Below are positions 38,301-52,500 of a stretch of DNA of 64,000 bases, piece by piece. The notes beneath the pieces are model-generated. The model was not told where the DNA came from. It saw nothing but the letters and a program-made list of their open reading frames with translations, and ran no database searches. The translations under genes and the position numbers were made by a program. The DNA comes from Antedon mediterranea (Eukaryota; Animalia; Echinodermata). The stretch lies in contig NC_092671.1 in NCBI RefSeq assembly GCF_964355755.1, forward strand, positions 39,504,304 to 39,568,303, in the 5' to 3' direction. How positions within the stretch are numbered: position 1 is the stretch's first letter; every line of letters starts with the position of its first letter.

Positions 38301-41300
38301 AGTTTTAATCCTCTGTATAAACATCAGAATGTCGAGATGCTTTAAGCGTGGTTCCCACTAGAGACGCAACGCAAGGACGTACGTGCAACGCAAGCGAGTT
38401 GACCAATGACAAGCCACCCTTCGAATAATCCATCATTTGTGATTGGTCAAATCACTTGCGTTGCGTCTCTAGTGGGAACCAAGCTTAAGAGACTATGCCA
38501 GCAACATGCATGTCCCATTTCCTACTATCCTGGATAATAATCCCCAACAATTTAAGATTGTCAACGCATTTAGGAATGTTATCATTCAGAGTAAATGGTT
38601 GGATATTACTAAAAACTAGTGAATTCTCTTGCAGACCCGAAATAACATCTAAAACAATATTCCAATTGGAGCTGGTCTGCTGTGATGGATGGCAAAAGGA
38701 TGGAAACAGCTGCTCAAAAAGTAAGACAAACAAATAATAAAGCCAAAGCTAAACAACTTGTTGAATAATTTAAAAAAGCCAAATTTAAATCGGTTTACTA
38801 AACGTAAAATCAAACCATTCATATTAACTCTTTCAGAATGTGTTGAAGGAACTTACGGAACGAATTGTGAGAAAAAATGTAAATGTATTCAGAATTCGAA
38901 TTACTTTTGCACACCAACCAAAGGACAGTGTTTCTGTAAGCCTGGCTGGACCGGGCAGAAGTGCCTGACTCCATGTGAATCCGGCAAATTCGGCATGCAG
39001 TGTCGCGAGGACTGCCCGTGCCGGAACGGAGCAGGCTGTAACCCTATCAACGGGACATGCATTTGCCCTGCCGGATGGGGCGGGCTTGACTGTAGCAAAC
39101 AATGCCCGGATGGTTATTATGGACCGACCTGTGCTACAAAATGTTCTTGTGATGGAGGTCTTGTATGCGACCGACGTAATGGTCGGTGCTGTGAACGTTC
39201 CACCAAAACAATCGAGGATCGTATCTGTCCCGGCAATTGCCCCAGTGGGACTGGTAAATCACAAGGGTTAGAGTGCGAACTACAATGCCAATGTTCCAAT
39301 TCGTACACTTGTGAACCAATCAAAGGTCTTTGTCAATGTAAGAATGGATGGAAACCACCCTACTGTCGCAAACCTTGCGATCTTGGAACTTATGGATTGA
39401 ATTGTGCTTCTAAATGCGCATGTGCATTAAATGAAACTTGTGACCATGAAACGGGTTTCTGCAACATACGTAAGTTATATAATTATAAAATTCCCCGACT
39501 CATCTCCGAAAGAAACTCCGACACGTACAGTAGCATTGTCGATAAAAACTAAGTGGAATGTCCTACTCTATACAAACGAACACAGTCGTTCCACTTTTAC
39601 AATGTATGAATCTTTCACATTGGACAAACAGTTTGCATAAAGCTCTGTCTACACTATCAAACTTTATATCCCAAACAAATGTGATGTGTCCATATATGGA
39701 CATGATGATGTCATACCATTACCATATCTGGGCATCACCACAATATTTGGACACATCACACTTTTTTTGTCAAACTAGTTTAATAGTGTAGACAGAGCTT
39801 AAGTCAGCATTTCTACGCAATAAATATTTGTAATGCTCACTTCTCCACGAAACGTGCTCATAATGCTTTTGAAAATAGAGACAGCGTTATTCATATTAAT
39901 GCATGTAGTACGAGAAAATGATACTACTTAACAATAATCATTTATTTTACACAGAATTGCCGAAGAAACACATTAACGAGATCGCAATAGCTACCGTGGC
40001 TCTGATTGGTCTGGTTATTATATCTTTGATGTCTCTCATTATATGTATCTGTTGCCGAAAGAGACGAAAGCGACTTAGTCGTTCTGGGTATGTAATATTA
40101 AGTACCGTAACATCCTTAGATTTTCTGAAGTACTGAATTAAATCCTAACCGGTAGTGACGTATAAACATTTTATACTACTTACAACCAATCGAGTGACGT
40201 AACTTCACAACCGATAGAGTGACGTAACTTCACAAAGTTCACAACCGATAGATTGACGTAACAATAAGAGCAACGTCAAATATGGCATAATCATAATCAT
40301 AATTTACAAGGTCAAGATTACTTCCGAGTATCGGACATTGACAAATGACCTAACTGACCGCTAAACCTGTGAGCACCTACATAAGAATTATTAACACAAT
40401 CTTTGAAACATACAATAAGATCTTCTAAGTTTTCCTCTACTACTACTGTGACAGTGTAAAACGCATTAAAACTTCCTACACAATAGCAAAGTCAGTGTAA
40501 ATCGCAACATTCCGAGAAAAGGTGTAGGCTAATTTTTACCGGATTGATGTGATGTTAAGCTCTGTCTACACTATCAAACTAGTTTGGAAAAAAAAAGTGT
40601 GATGTGCTCAAATATTGTAGTGATATGGTCAAATATTGTAGTGATATGACATCATCGTATATGGGCACATCATATTTTTTGTCACATAAAATTTGATAGT
40701 GTAGACAAAGTCTTAAATACTTTTACACACAAAAAATCATCAACATTTGTTTAATTTATTAATTTTTTTCTTTTCTTCACCAGGACGACGAAGTGGCACT
40801 GTACGTACTTCACAGAGCAAGCGGAATTCAACAAGTTCCCGTATGATGGTACGATACAGCAAAAATCCTGATATCACATTTTAAAAACAAAACCACAGAC
40901 TACCTGATCAATTACATCACCTTTAATTAGAAAATAAAAACTAGCCGATACAGCCTAGACTTCCTATTAAACGATAAGTTTCTAAATTTGTGGATGTTTG
41001 CTTTCATGGGATAAATCGAAAGCCATGGAACTATGTGGGATGGGTCTAACAAACCTGTTTAGAATTGACAGAATTAGTACCTGATGATTTGATTGTTAAA
41101 TCTTTCAAAAGATATTTAAGTCAACGTTTGTATCTAAGACACGCATAGTGCTAAACCATTTCTGCTTTTATTAATAACTTAATAAATCTTATTAACTAGA
41201 AGGTCAAGTCAGGTTTCATGACGTCAGGACGTCAGAATATTTTACTTTCCATTAAAAGTCATCTTTTTAAAATTAAATATAATATACTAACATAATTACT

Positions 41301-43396
41301 ATCTATTTTAAGTGAATCTTTAGGTAAATGCTTTAAGCTAAATTAATCCAGTCACGCGATCGGAAACTGGTCTGGTTCGATTCGATGTGTGTTTTAGGTG
41401 GTCTAATATTTCAAATAGATCTAGCAGTGGATAGATTTATTTATGGAAAACTAATAACTAACGGAGATTAACAATCATATTTATTATATTAAAATTTGTA
41501 TTTATTTTTTTAGAAAATTATGAAAATACCAGTTTTAGCTCAAGAACTCTGACAAGATCATTGGCACCGAAAAAAACTTCAGCCCCATCACCAAATATTT
41601 CTCAGTCTTCGATCGAACGGAAACTGCGGCAAATGAAAGAGAACTCGTGTAATGGCGTGCTATCCCAGCAGCTCATCAACAAAACGAAAGCTCCCTTGCC
41701 ACAGCCACTACCACCAAAGAAACACCATCAGATTCCACATCAGCATCAGACTTTACCGCATTACCAAACCTCGCCTCAACACCTGAATTTGCTTCAACAG
41801 AAGACCTCACATCAACACATTTCGAATCAACATACGAACTTACCTCAACACAAGAACTTACATCAACAGACCTCGACTCAACATATCAATTTGCCCCAAC
41901 ACAAGATTTCACAATACCAGACCTCACCTCATCACCACAAACCATCACAGCAACAGACATCGTCTCAACACGCGAACTTGTCTCAACACAAGATCTCACA
42001 GCAACATACATCGGCTCAACACAAGCCGTCACAATATCAGATCTCACCTCATCACCACAAGACCTCACAGCAACATACATCGGCTCAACACAAGCCGTCA
42101 CAATATCAGACCTCACCTCATCACCACAAGACCTCACAGCAACATACATCGGCTCAACACAAAACGTCACAACACAAGATCTCACAGCAACATTCCTCGA
42201 CTCAACACATGAACTTTCCACAACACCAGACGCCAATTTACCAGACCTCACATCAGCACAAGACATCTTCACAACACCAGACGTCACAAAACCACCAGCA
42301 AATTTTACCTCATTATCAGACATCGGCTCAACACACCAACTTGCCTCAACACAAGACCTCACAGCAACAAACCTCGAGTCAACACACCAACTTGCCTCAT
42401 TATCAGACTCACCAGCAGACATCACCACACCAGCAGATCTCAAAGTATCAGCAGACCTCACGCCAAGAAGAAGAAATACAACCACATATACAGACAGCAT
42501 TATATACCAAACCACCATACGCAAGAGTTATAAAGAAGAAAACTAAAGAGAAAGAAAAGATTGCGAATGACGTTGACAAACAGGACAAGTATAACGATAT
42601 AGATCCAATATGTAAGTCTAACAAAAGTCAACCGCCACCTTACGAGTTATGCCACAATGCTACTGACGGGACAACACTCACCAGACCACCAACACCAAAC
42701 AAGTCAGACTCGTTGAAAAGCGACTATGAAAATGTGAGTATGGACGTTGAAACGTCATCGATTGGTAGATTAAGTGACGACACTGAAAGCTCGGATGTTT
42801 CCAGAGGACCTATGCTATTGAGTCAATGTCCAGACATACTTATCAACGGTGGTACTAACTTTTTAACGACTTGTAATCAGACTATTTTCACCACAGACGG
42901 TGAAAGGCGGTTGAGTAACGGAAGTAGTAACAGCCCGATTTCAGACGATGATCAAAGTACGTACGATCGTGTTGACCGCTCAAAGAGATCCTACTCAGTT
43001 GGACAGTGTAGTGAAAACTATGGAGCGCTTCGATTTAATTACAAACAACATGATACGCTACCCGATCGATCGTGGTTGAACAAAAGCGATGATTATGCTA
43101 TTAAATCATCCACAAGTCCTAGAAAGAAATCTCCTAGACTACCTAACCTGTTTTTATCCAAAAAGCCAGAAAAGGTTGTGAGCACAAGCAAGGTGACAAA
43201 TAACAAGCCATCCGTTTACGAAGCTTTGGCGCCAACGTTAAGTGCAGAAAATCACGATTATGATCGTCTGGTTTATCCAAATAAACGGCGCGGTAGAAGA
43301 GCTAGTGAGGATCTAGTGGCAGCTAGAAAGCAACGCCTCAGGTTCCTACAATTAATAGATCAAAAGCAGAGGAGAAAAAATGGATATTTCACTTAA
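29388..43396 (+). CDS. Draper/CED-1/MEGF10/11-like EMI+EGF type I transmembrane receptor, ~1002 aa
   Basis: Phase-consistent exons: 29388-29497 (signal peptide, LDPNGPNVCP), 33387-33485, 38635-38720 (EMI end CCDGW), 38837-39469 (~5 CED-1-type EGF repeats, CxxGxYGxxC), 39955-40087 (TM IAIATVALIGLVIISLMSLIICICC + RKRRKR), 40784-40848, 41514-43396 (cytoplasmic tail). Total 3009 nt, one open frame. Confidence 0.88.
29686..29942. mobile_element. MITE family B (Harbinger-like), one copy nested in another
   Basis: TIR AGC(G/T)TGGTTCCCACTAG...CTAGTGGGAACCA(A/C)GCT with TWA flanks. Inner copy 29703-29881. Other copies at 38345-38485, 43460-43593 and 44144-44254. Confidence 0.85.
38486..38610 (-). mobile_element. 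LINE (CR1/L2-like) reverse-transcriptase fragment, interrupted by MITE B
   Basis: Minus-strand peptide IPKCVDNLKLLGIIIQDSRKWDMHVAGIVS resembles the KLLGVII..DLKW..HV RT C-terminal motif. Confidence 0.65.
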
Positions 43397-46300
43397 ATAT
43401 ACGTCATAATGGTGGAAATTTAAAAATATACCATGGCGTTATAGTTATGAAGAACTGTAAAGCTTGGTCACACTAGAGACGCAACGCAAGAACGTAGACG
43501 CAATTCAAGCGTGTTGACCAATGACAAGCAACAGTTTGACTATTTCATCGCTTGCGATTGGTCAAATCTCTAGTCTCTAGTGGGAACCAAGCCTAACAAA
43601 CCAATCACGTTAAAGAAGATAATATTAATGTTGGGGTACTGAACACGTAGTATACGTGGAAAACTAGATAATATAGTTTCCTAAGAAAAACCTTACCGAG
43701 GTAATTAGTTATTTTCACAATATTTGTAAGGATGAGAACTTGAATTATAATCAAAGTATTCGTCATGTTAGACGAATTTAATATGTACAAATTAACATGG
43801 CACGATGCAGTGACATATCGTGGCGGAAAAATCTTGTTGCTTAGTTGTCTCAACAACACACTTAGCACGTGGAACTAATTATATAAGTTTAGCGTTACAA
43901 TCTAATTTAGGAATATCCGCATGAATTTCATTAACGTAGGTTTATATAAAAGTTCACTTTATTAATAGACACTTCATTGTGGCTTGGTTAATACAACATT
44001 CTAACCGTCTAAGACAGATAAATGTGTAGTAAAACAGTATAATTTGACTGAGATCAATTAGTTTAATGTAGACATACTAATGTAATATTTAACACGGATG
44101 TTCAGCTTAGACAGGGTCGTCTGACGCAAAATAGTATGGTTAAAGCTTGGTTCCCACTAGAACGTAACGCAAGGACGTAAACGCAACGCGAGCGTTTTAA
44201 CCAATGACAAGCGAAGTTACGTCCTTGTGTTGCGTCGCTAGTGGGAACCACGCTTAAGTGGACAAAACTATTTTTTTTTTTGGTATAAAATAACAATTAC
44301 TTACGAACGTCTTATTGATGGATGCATAAACATCTTATAAGTGACACAATTGCAAATAAAAGTAAACACTACAAGCTGGATATTGTAGGAATTTACTTTT
44401 AATAAGAATTAAAAACGATTTTTAAAATACAATAGGTCTTAAGATGTAAATAAACCAATCTAGTAAATGCAATATACTTGTTACCTGCACGGCATGGCAT
44501 TATATAGTTTGTTAGCGACGCGTAGGTAGTATTTTATTGCGTTATATCATTTGTCGAATTTTGTTTCTAATTATACCGATTTGTCATAAAGCTCTTTAAT
44601 TATTGTTTGGTTTTCGTAAGTCCAAAAGCAATACTAACCAAAAGGTAGACATTTGACTGAAGCCTTGTCTACACTTTTATTTGACAAAAACATGTGATGG
44701 GGCCATATATGGACATGATGATGTCGTATCACCACCATATTTGGGAACATCACACTTATTTTGTCAAACTAGTTTGATAGTGTAGACAGAGCTTAACGTA
44801 CGTGCATGATGCGCTTGCGCAGATTTCTTTAAATTAAATGTCAGTAAAATTATCTTCTAGATAATTTTGGAATGCTAATAATATATAAGAAGTTTTATAT
44901 TTTTATACTAATGTAAATAACATAGTGGGATCTGCTTGTTGCCTTTGTATAAGTTAACAATGATATATATATTTCATTCGTCTGATTCGTAAATTCTGAT
45001 TTGTGGACGTTGCTGGAAAACAATCACATTTTGTACGTAATGAAAGGATTTTGTAGAATAAAGTGTTGCATTAAAACAAGAACTTCACTTTCTGTTTGTG
45101 AATTCCTGTCACTTGATTCTCAGTTCCTGTCTTAAAATTTCTCTCGAAATTAACTAATCCGATATCATTTACATCTAGCACATCAGCACGATAGTCAAAC
45201 GTCTGTAATAAATATAGTTGAAAATGTCAATGTTACCACCACAAAACGGAAAGAAAGTTGAAGCGCGTGCGAGCAATTATTGACGCGCGCTAAAAAAATT
45301 CCCATTTTTATCAGAATTTTAACGCGCGTGGTAATCTTTTCTCAACGTATTATGCATAAATGTAACTCTTAAGCTCTGTCTACACTATCAAACTGTATGT
45401 GATAAAAAAATTTGATGTGCTCAAATATGGACAGGATCATATCACTACCATATTTAAGCATGTTACTACCATTATTTGGGCACATCGCACCTTTTTCGTC
45501 AAATAGTAGATAGTGTAGACAGAGCTTTAGTCTGGAAATGATGAACTCATCCCCAAATGCATTACATTGACGATGGCGTATTATTTAGTAAAATTTATTG
45601 TTCTCTCTGGAACAGGGTAACACGTGAGTGTGCCTGATGATGATGTAAGATTGGCGCGCTTTGTTGCTTGGATGACAGTATGGGTGAATGACCAACTGCA
45701 TCTACGTGGTTTAAAAATCTACACACGTAAACCATTAGTAGACACATGGATCAATTAAGATTAAGACTTAAGATTGGTGGTTAACAATAAACATTACAAC
45801 TAAAGTTATTACACTTCCTTGTGTTTAGTCATCATATTGCCATCAGTAGTCTCTATGTGAGTAATAATACAATAGCAATACGTAGTAGACTTAGATCAAG
45901 TACTTACTTACTTTTCTAAACAAAGTTACATTTCCTAATTGTGGGTTTATAAACGAACGAATATAGGTTTGTTTCAATAATTCTCTAAAGCTCTGTCTAC
46001 ACTATGAAACTTTATGTGACACAAACAAATGTGATGTGCCCATAATTATATGGTAGTGATATGTCCAAATATTAATTTGACATCATCATGTCCATATATG
46101 GGCACATCATATTTTTTGTCACAAGTTTGATAGTGTAGACAGAGCTTTAAGATGTCAACAAGAGAAAATAATATCATACCAAAGTACCATAAATATTGTT
46201 AATATCAGGATGATTGCATTTCATTATAAGATTATGCATTACTGTTTACTAAGACAAAATAAAGATTGAATATAAGCAACGCAATCAGACGTAATCCCAT

Positions 46301-46582
46301 TTAAACCACTAAATGACTTATATTGTTGTTGTGTTGTTATTATTTAAATTATTAACCAAACAAAACTGGATATGCGTAGTAAGAATATAATAACAAACGA
46401 ATTAATACAAATCTGGTTACCTTGACATATATTATATCTTGTGTTGGTAAGAACCAAAAGAAGATTAGTTAGAAGACCGGATACGACGACTTTCTCTTGG
46501 TGAATATATCAATTAATACTTGAACCACATCGGATCATTGTTACAAGGAGACTAAAACGAACGACGACATTCTTTAATAAAC

Positions 46583-49500
46583 ATGGCATATTTTATCAAA
46601 TTAAGTAAGTATTTTTCTCTAACATTGTTTTCTGTATTTTTGTTTTGTTTTATTCGTTATTGATCTTTCCAACGATTATAAAAACGTATTGGTAAGGCCT
46701 AGATGTTTTGCCCTAATCTGAAGTAATTTGTACGTTATACTAAGTACAGTACATTGAGAACACTTGCGAAAAAAATACGCAAGTAATTCTCAAATGGGAC
46801 TCAAACCCACGACCTCCTGATCACTAGCCTGACCAATTACTCAACACCCTGACGCAAAGCTACTTCACAGTAGTTACAAACAATTACAATTATGATTATA
46901 ACTTAATTACAATAACTTTCATCTTCATTATACTTTTATGAAGACTATTCACTTTGTATAATTCTTCTTACTTGGATTCGGACGTAATCCTAGCCATCCG
47001 CACAAGCTCGGTGGTCTAGAGCCGTGAACGTGTTTGAAGTCATGAACAACAATTTTCCAAGTAGTAATAGGTACAATTAGGTATAAAAGGGCCTACTTCA
47101 GAGTTGGTAACATTTTTCTGACGTAAAAACTAACTTCTTGAAGTGCCAATGCTAATATTTTAAAACCTTGGAACGTGGAAAAATAAATGTTTCCATGGTA
47201 TTTCTACTAGATATAAATACAAAAAAAAAACTATTTCAGCAATCATCCAAATGTATAACTTACTAACTATCTAATATTACTTGTTTCGTTTACTACATTT
47301 AAAGGTAAATAAATGTGCTCATGTTTGTTATGTTTCTAAATAAACAAAATGTTTTAACAATAAATTAATCTAAAATGTCCAACTGTCAACTATACAATGT
47401 TACTTATATTTCGTTTACTACATTTATAGGTATTATGGTGGTACAGTTTATGGTTACCATCACAAGTACCTTGCCTACAGACCCATGCCCCGAAGCCCCT
47501 TCGTGTATTCAAGTAGCTATGATATCTGAACCAGTATGTTGGAACTTCCAAGCACAGTGTATTAACAATAGGTGCTTATGTACCAAGAAAGGATATAACC
47601 CGTGTACATGTCGACGTAAGTACCATCGTCATGAAAATAACTTCTGTTAAATAAATTATTTATATTTTTAAAATGGTATCGGTATGAGCGTTTTTCTGAA
47701 CAACGCATCATACTTCTTTTATAACATTTGAGATTTGTTGGTTCCAACATTTGCTGGTCATAAACGAACTATACTTCCCTCCGTGGTACCGGCAAAGTTT
47801 ACGACATTGTATAAACAAACTGGGCTGATCCAAAGTTTAAAGATACATTTATCTATACTTCTTATCAGTGCCTGTTTGTTCATCTTACATTCTGAAACAC
47901 AACAGCTGACTCTAGTATATTCAATGTCCCTACTAATTGTTCATATACATTTAAAAAAAATAGATTATTGTGATACACAATCTGATTATAAGTTTAACGA
48001 AAATAACTATAAATATTTTAAAATATGTATCTATTTTTTTTGTATAATCTTAAATCTTCAATTATTTAAAATCTTTTTATTAAGCTTTTAGCACGTTAGT
48101 TTTCTCAAATGGTGAAAAAAAGAGAGAAAGTCTATTCTAATAATTCAATAGATTAATATTATTAGACGTAATTAATAAATAAATTACATTATAAATGTCT
48201 TCCTATAAAGCTTATATTTTGGAAAAGTTAAATTACAATTTCACTCTTCCCAAGCTTATATTAATCACAAGTTTGGTTTTCTAGCGGAAGTTGGGGGTTG
48301 CAAAGTGCAAGAAGCGGGTTACGACGGTTCAGCAGCCAACGCGTTTATGGGCCTACGCCGTCTGAAGACAAACAGTTGCATCAGACAAACAAACCCATCG
48401 CAACGGCAAGTGCATGTGATATCAATGCATCGTGGAGTGGAACATGGCGATGTTGGAGAGGTACCAGTTGATGTATTTAGCACAAACTTTGAAGAAGATA
48501 CACAAGAAGTGGTACTGGTACTCGCTTCGTATAAAGCTGTTAGATGGATATTGAATCTGAAATCACCAGTACACATTGATTTACTAGTAATTGTAAGTTT
48601 AAACAAAATAAATAAAAATCAACATAACTTATTATAGGAATTCCTCTCACCAAAATTCACTGGGTTAGGTAAAGTATGAACTAAATAATGAACTAAAGTA
48701 TTAACTAAAGTACAATCTATAAAAGTATGAACTAAAGTACGAACTATAACATATGAACTCAAGTATGACCTAAAGTACGAACTATAACATATGAACTCAA
48801 GTATGACCTAAAGTACGAACTATAACATATGAACTAAAGTAAGAACTAAAGTATGAACTAAAGTATGAACTAAAGTACGAACTATAAAAGTACGAACTAA
48901 AGTATGAACTAAATTACAAACAAAAGTACGAACTAAAGTACGAACTATAAAAGTAGGAACTAAAGTTTGAACTAAAGTACAAACAAAAGTACGAACTAAA
49001 GTACGAACTATAAAAGTAGGAACTAAAGTATGAACTAAAGTATTAACTAAAGCACGAACTATAAAAGTAGGAACTAAAGTATGAACTAAAGTACGAACAA
49101 AAGTACGAACTAAAGTACGAACTATAAAAGTAGGAACTAAAGTATGAACTAAAGTACAAACAAAAGTACGAACTAAAGTACGAACTAAAGTATTAACTAA
49201 AGTACAATCTAGAAAAGTATGAACTAAAGTACAAACAAAAGTACGACCCAATGTATGAACTAAAGTACGAACTATAAAGGTATGAATTAAAGTACGAACT
49301 CTAAAGTATGAACTAAAGTACAAACTCTAAAGTATGAACTAAAGTACAAACAAAAGTACGAACCAAAGTATGAACTAAAGTACAAACTATAACAGTATGA
49401 ACAAAAGTATGAACTAAAGTACGAACTATAGTACGAACTATAAAAGTATGAACTAAAGTACGAACTATAAAGTATGAACTAAAGTACGAACTATAAGTAT

Positions 49501-52500
49501 AAACTAAAGTATTAACTTCAGCCGCATAAAGGTTGAGGAACATTTAAAAGTTTAGCAATTATACCATTTCAAAAAATGTTATTAGGCCTACATTTCTGAT
49601 TCCAGATTGAAAGTGGATTATATGGCCAACCAGACCCGTCTATAAACATTCGTTCAACTGGAAGTACCATTGGTAACTGGGAAAAACTAACATCATCGGA
49701 GTCAGGGTGGGGCTTTGGAAACGACAGTGGTGGTGTAGGGGATACGCCCACTTTACTTAGATTTCTTGAAAATCGATATGGGGTAGTTCAGTCGTTTTCC
49801 GGAGCTATGAAAGTAGATAGATGGAACATATCGCTAGATTATTCACCAGACTCGAATGAAAATTTGCCAACAACTGCACGCGTTGACAGTACAACTGACC
49901 AACAAACAACGACTGGATACAGTACAACTAGTCAATCCACGACTGGATACAGTACAACTAGTCAATCAACGACTGGATACAGTACAACTAGTCAATCAAC
50001 GACTGAATATATTACAACTGGTCAACCAATGTCGGCATACATTGAAACTACAACTGACAAAGTTGAAGATACAACAAGTAGTGGATTACATGAGACAACT
50101 ATTCCAAATCATGGTAAGTATGGTAAATAAGTGCGCGGCTAATCATCTTTATGGTTGGCCTAATACCGTAGTTCAACAATAACATTCGAATTCAAAATTT
50201 AAATTATCTTTTATTAATCCTTTCGGAAATCCATTGCTCGTTTTACAAATATATAAAAATATGAAACAATAAAAAACAGAAAGTTAGTAATCTTATCGTA
50301 AACTTAAAAGTTGATAATTTCTTTGTATATAATGGTATTTATTCCTTATGCCATATGCCATATTCCTTATGTTTATTAATGCTTAAACACCTATCTGCGA
50401 ATTATTACTATTAGTCATATTAATAAGTTATGTATTAAGCATACGTTTGTTTAAATGTTGTTTTAAGCAGGTACGACGACGACATACGCTGAACCAACTG
50501 ACGAATCTTCCTCCAGTTTGTTCTGTCCTGTTTACATGTGCGATAAGAACTGTTCATTTGGATACCAGGTGGACGAACTTGGCTGTGAATTGTGTGAATG
50601 TAACCCAGGTAGTAAAATAGTAACATATTCGTATCCAAATACTAAATACCAGTATACGGTCTAAATGTGCAACATGCCTAATAACGATTTTCGCATGTAA
50701 CATACAGTCATCTTTTGTTTTAATCTGAAATCGCCAAAATCATTTTAAGATTGAAATAAATGTTTTAAGCTCTGTCTACACTATCAAACTTTATGTGACA
50801 AACAAATGTGATGTGCCCATACATGGAAACGATGATGTCATATCACTACCATATTTGGGCATATCACTACCATATTTGGGCACATCACTACCATATTTTG
50901 GCACATTACTACCATATTTGGGCACATCGCACTTTTTGTCACATAAAGTTTGATAGTGTACAGAACTTTATGGACTTATTAATACAAACACATTACGGGG
51001 GACAAGCTGAAAAACTTAAATGTATACCAAGGCTGAATTTATTAAATGGTACAGTCAAAACACATTATAAACTTAAATGTATACCAAGGCTGAATTTATT
51101 AAATGGTACAGTCAAAACACATTATAAACTTCCTATTTTGATTAATCAGCAGTTATGGCTAAATCGATTTTGTTAAATATTGGGTCCGTTGCATTAACAA
51201 CTTTACCAAATTATGCCGACTATGTGTAGTGTATTTAAATTATGAATCATGCTTATATAGATTTAGTATATTAGGCCTACAATGGTATTAACTTGGCAAA
51301 ATATTTCCGCTATTTCCAAATTATGAATCATGCGAGATGGATTTACTATTACAATAGTATTATCATTCAATCAAATGATATTGTTTGTGAATTATAGAAG
51401 TAACATGTCCGCCAATCAAGTGCCGGATACACTGTGAATATGGATATCAGAAAGGACACGATGGCTGCGATCGATGTATATGTATCATACCTACAGGTAT
51501 GTAAATCTTACTGTGTTGTTTTAGTTGATGACGTTTTCGCGCCGCCCCGTTATGCAGTTTATTCATTAGGAAACAGTTACCATGCGGTAGCTTATAGTTT
51601 ATTACGGCTGAAAAAATTAATGGGTATTTGAAAATTCGGACTGGGCATGCGCACACCCCAAAGCACGTCTGGGGAAAGAGAGTCTATGACAACATTTGCT
51701 GATAAATATTGAAATGCATGTAGTTATCGTAAGATGAGCGGCGTTTTTTTTGTTGAAGAAATACTTCTATGTTTTTTCTGTTTGTATATATGTTTTTGAA
51801 AAGATGAAAGGGTTGTCCAATAATATTTTAATTGACATCTTTATATTTTTTTACATATTTTTGTCTAGTCTAGGTGAAAGGGTATTGCAATATTAACATC
51901 AATATATAAGTGAGAGAGTTTGTACTTTTGTTCGGGATACACATTTTCTCTACTGCATGCATTATACACATAATATGGGGTATCAACATGACCACAATTG
52001 TATTGGGAATGTTTCTTATGAAGTTTCAACATTATTCGTCATTTGGACCAAGTTAGCGGATAACAATTGTCTTACTTACATAAACTAAGTCATTGTTTTA
52101 ACACAGGTATAGAGAACACGACGTCAGTACAAATCAACGATACGGATTACGGATTTCGTTCAAGTGAATTCTGTCCCGTGTACATTTGCGACAAAACATG
52201 TGATATGGGATTTCAAGAAGATGAATACGGATGCGAAATATGTGAATGTGTTATTCAACCAGGTGAGAGCCTAAAACATTTATAATCAGACTCCAACTCC
52301 TCTCCATTTTAGTAGGTTTGAGAACATTTGGGAAAAGGATCCATTTTTCTAGTGAGAATTTAAACGTATCTTCCATATCACTGGCATTGAAACATTCTAG
52401 AACACTTAACTTGTCTAATCACTTTCTCCTTGATTTTTTTAAATTGTATACTTTGAAGACCTCTTTGTAATTGTCAATGTAATATAATTTTATAGTGGTA

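Noticed and set aside
41886-42524. 212-aa minus-strand Val/Cys-rich ORF
   Set aside because: Antisense reading of the His/Gln coding repeat.
47375-47650. 91-aa ORF as a stand-alone Cys-rich defensin-like peptide
   Set aside because: An internal acceptor (47430) and a strong donor (47615, gtaagt) place it in phase as exon 2 of the larger antistasin-repeat gene.
48820-49543. 167-aa and 76-aa VRTLVHT-repeat ORFs
   Set aside because: Translation of a 12-bp intronic minisatellite.
50808-51176. 122-aa ORF with YHYHIWA repeats (similar short ORFs at 1329, 1448, 17904, 39558, 53262)
   Set aside because: Translations of MITE A subrepeats and a 57-bp duplication.
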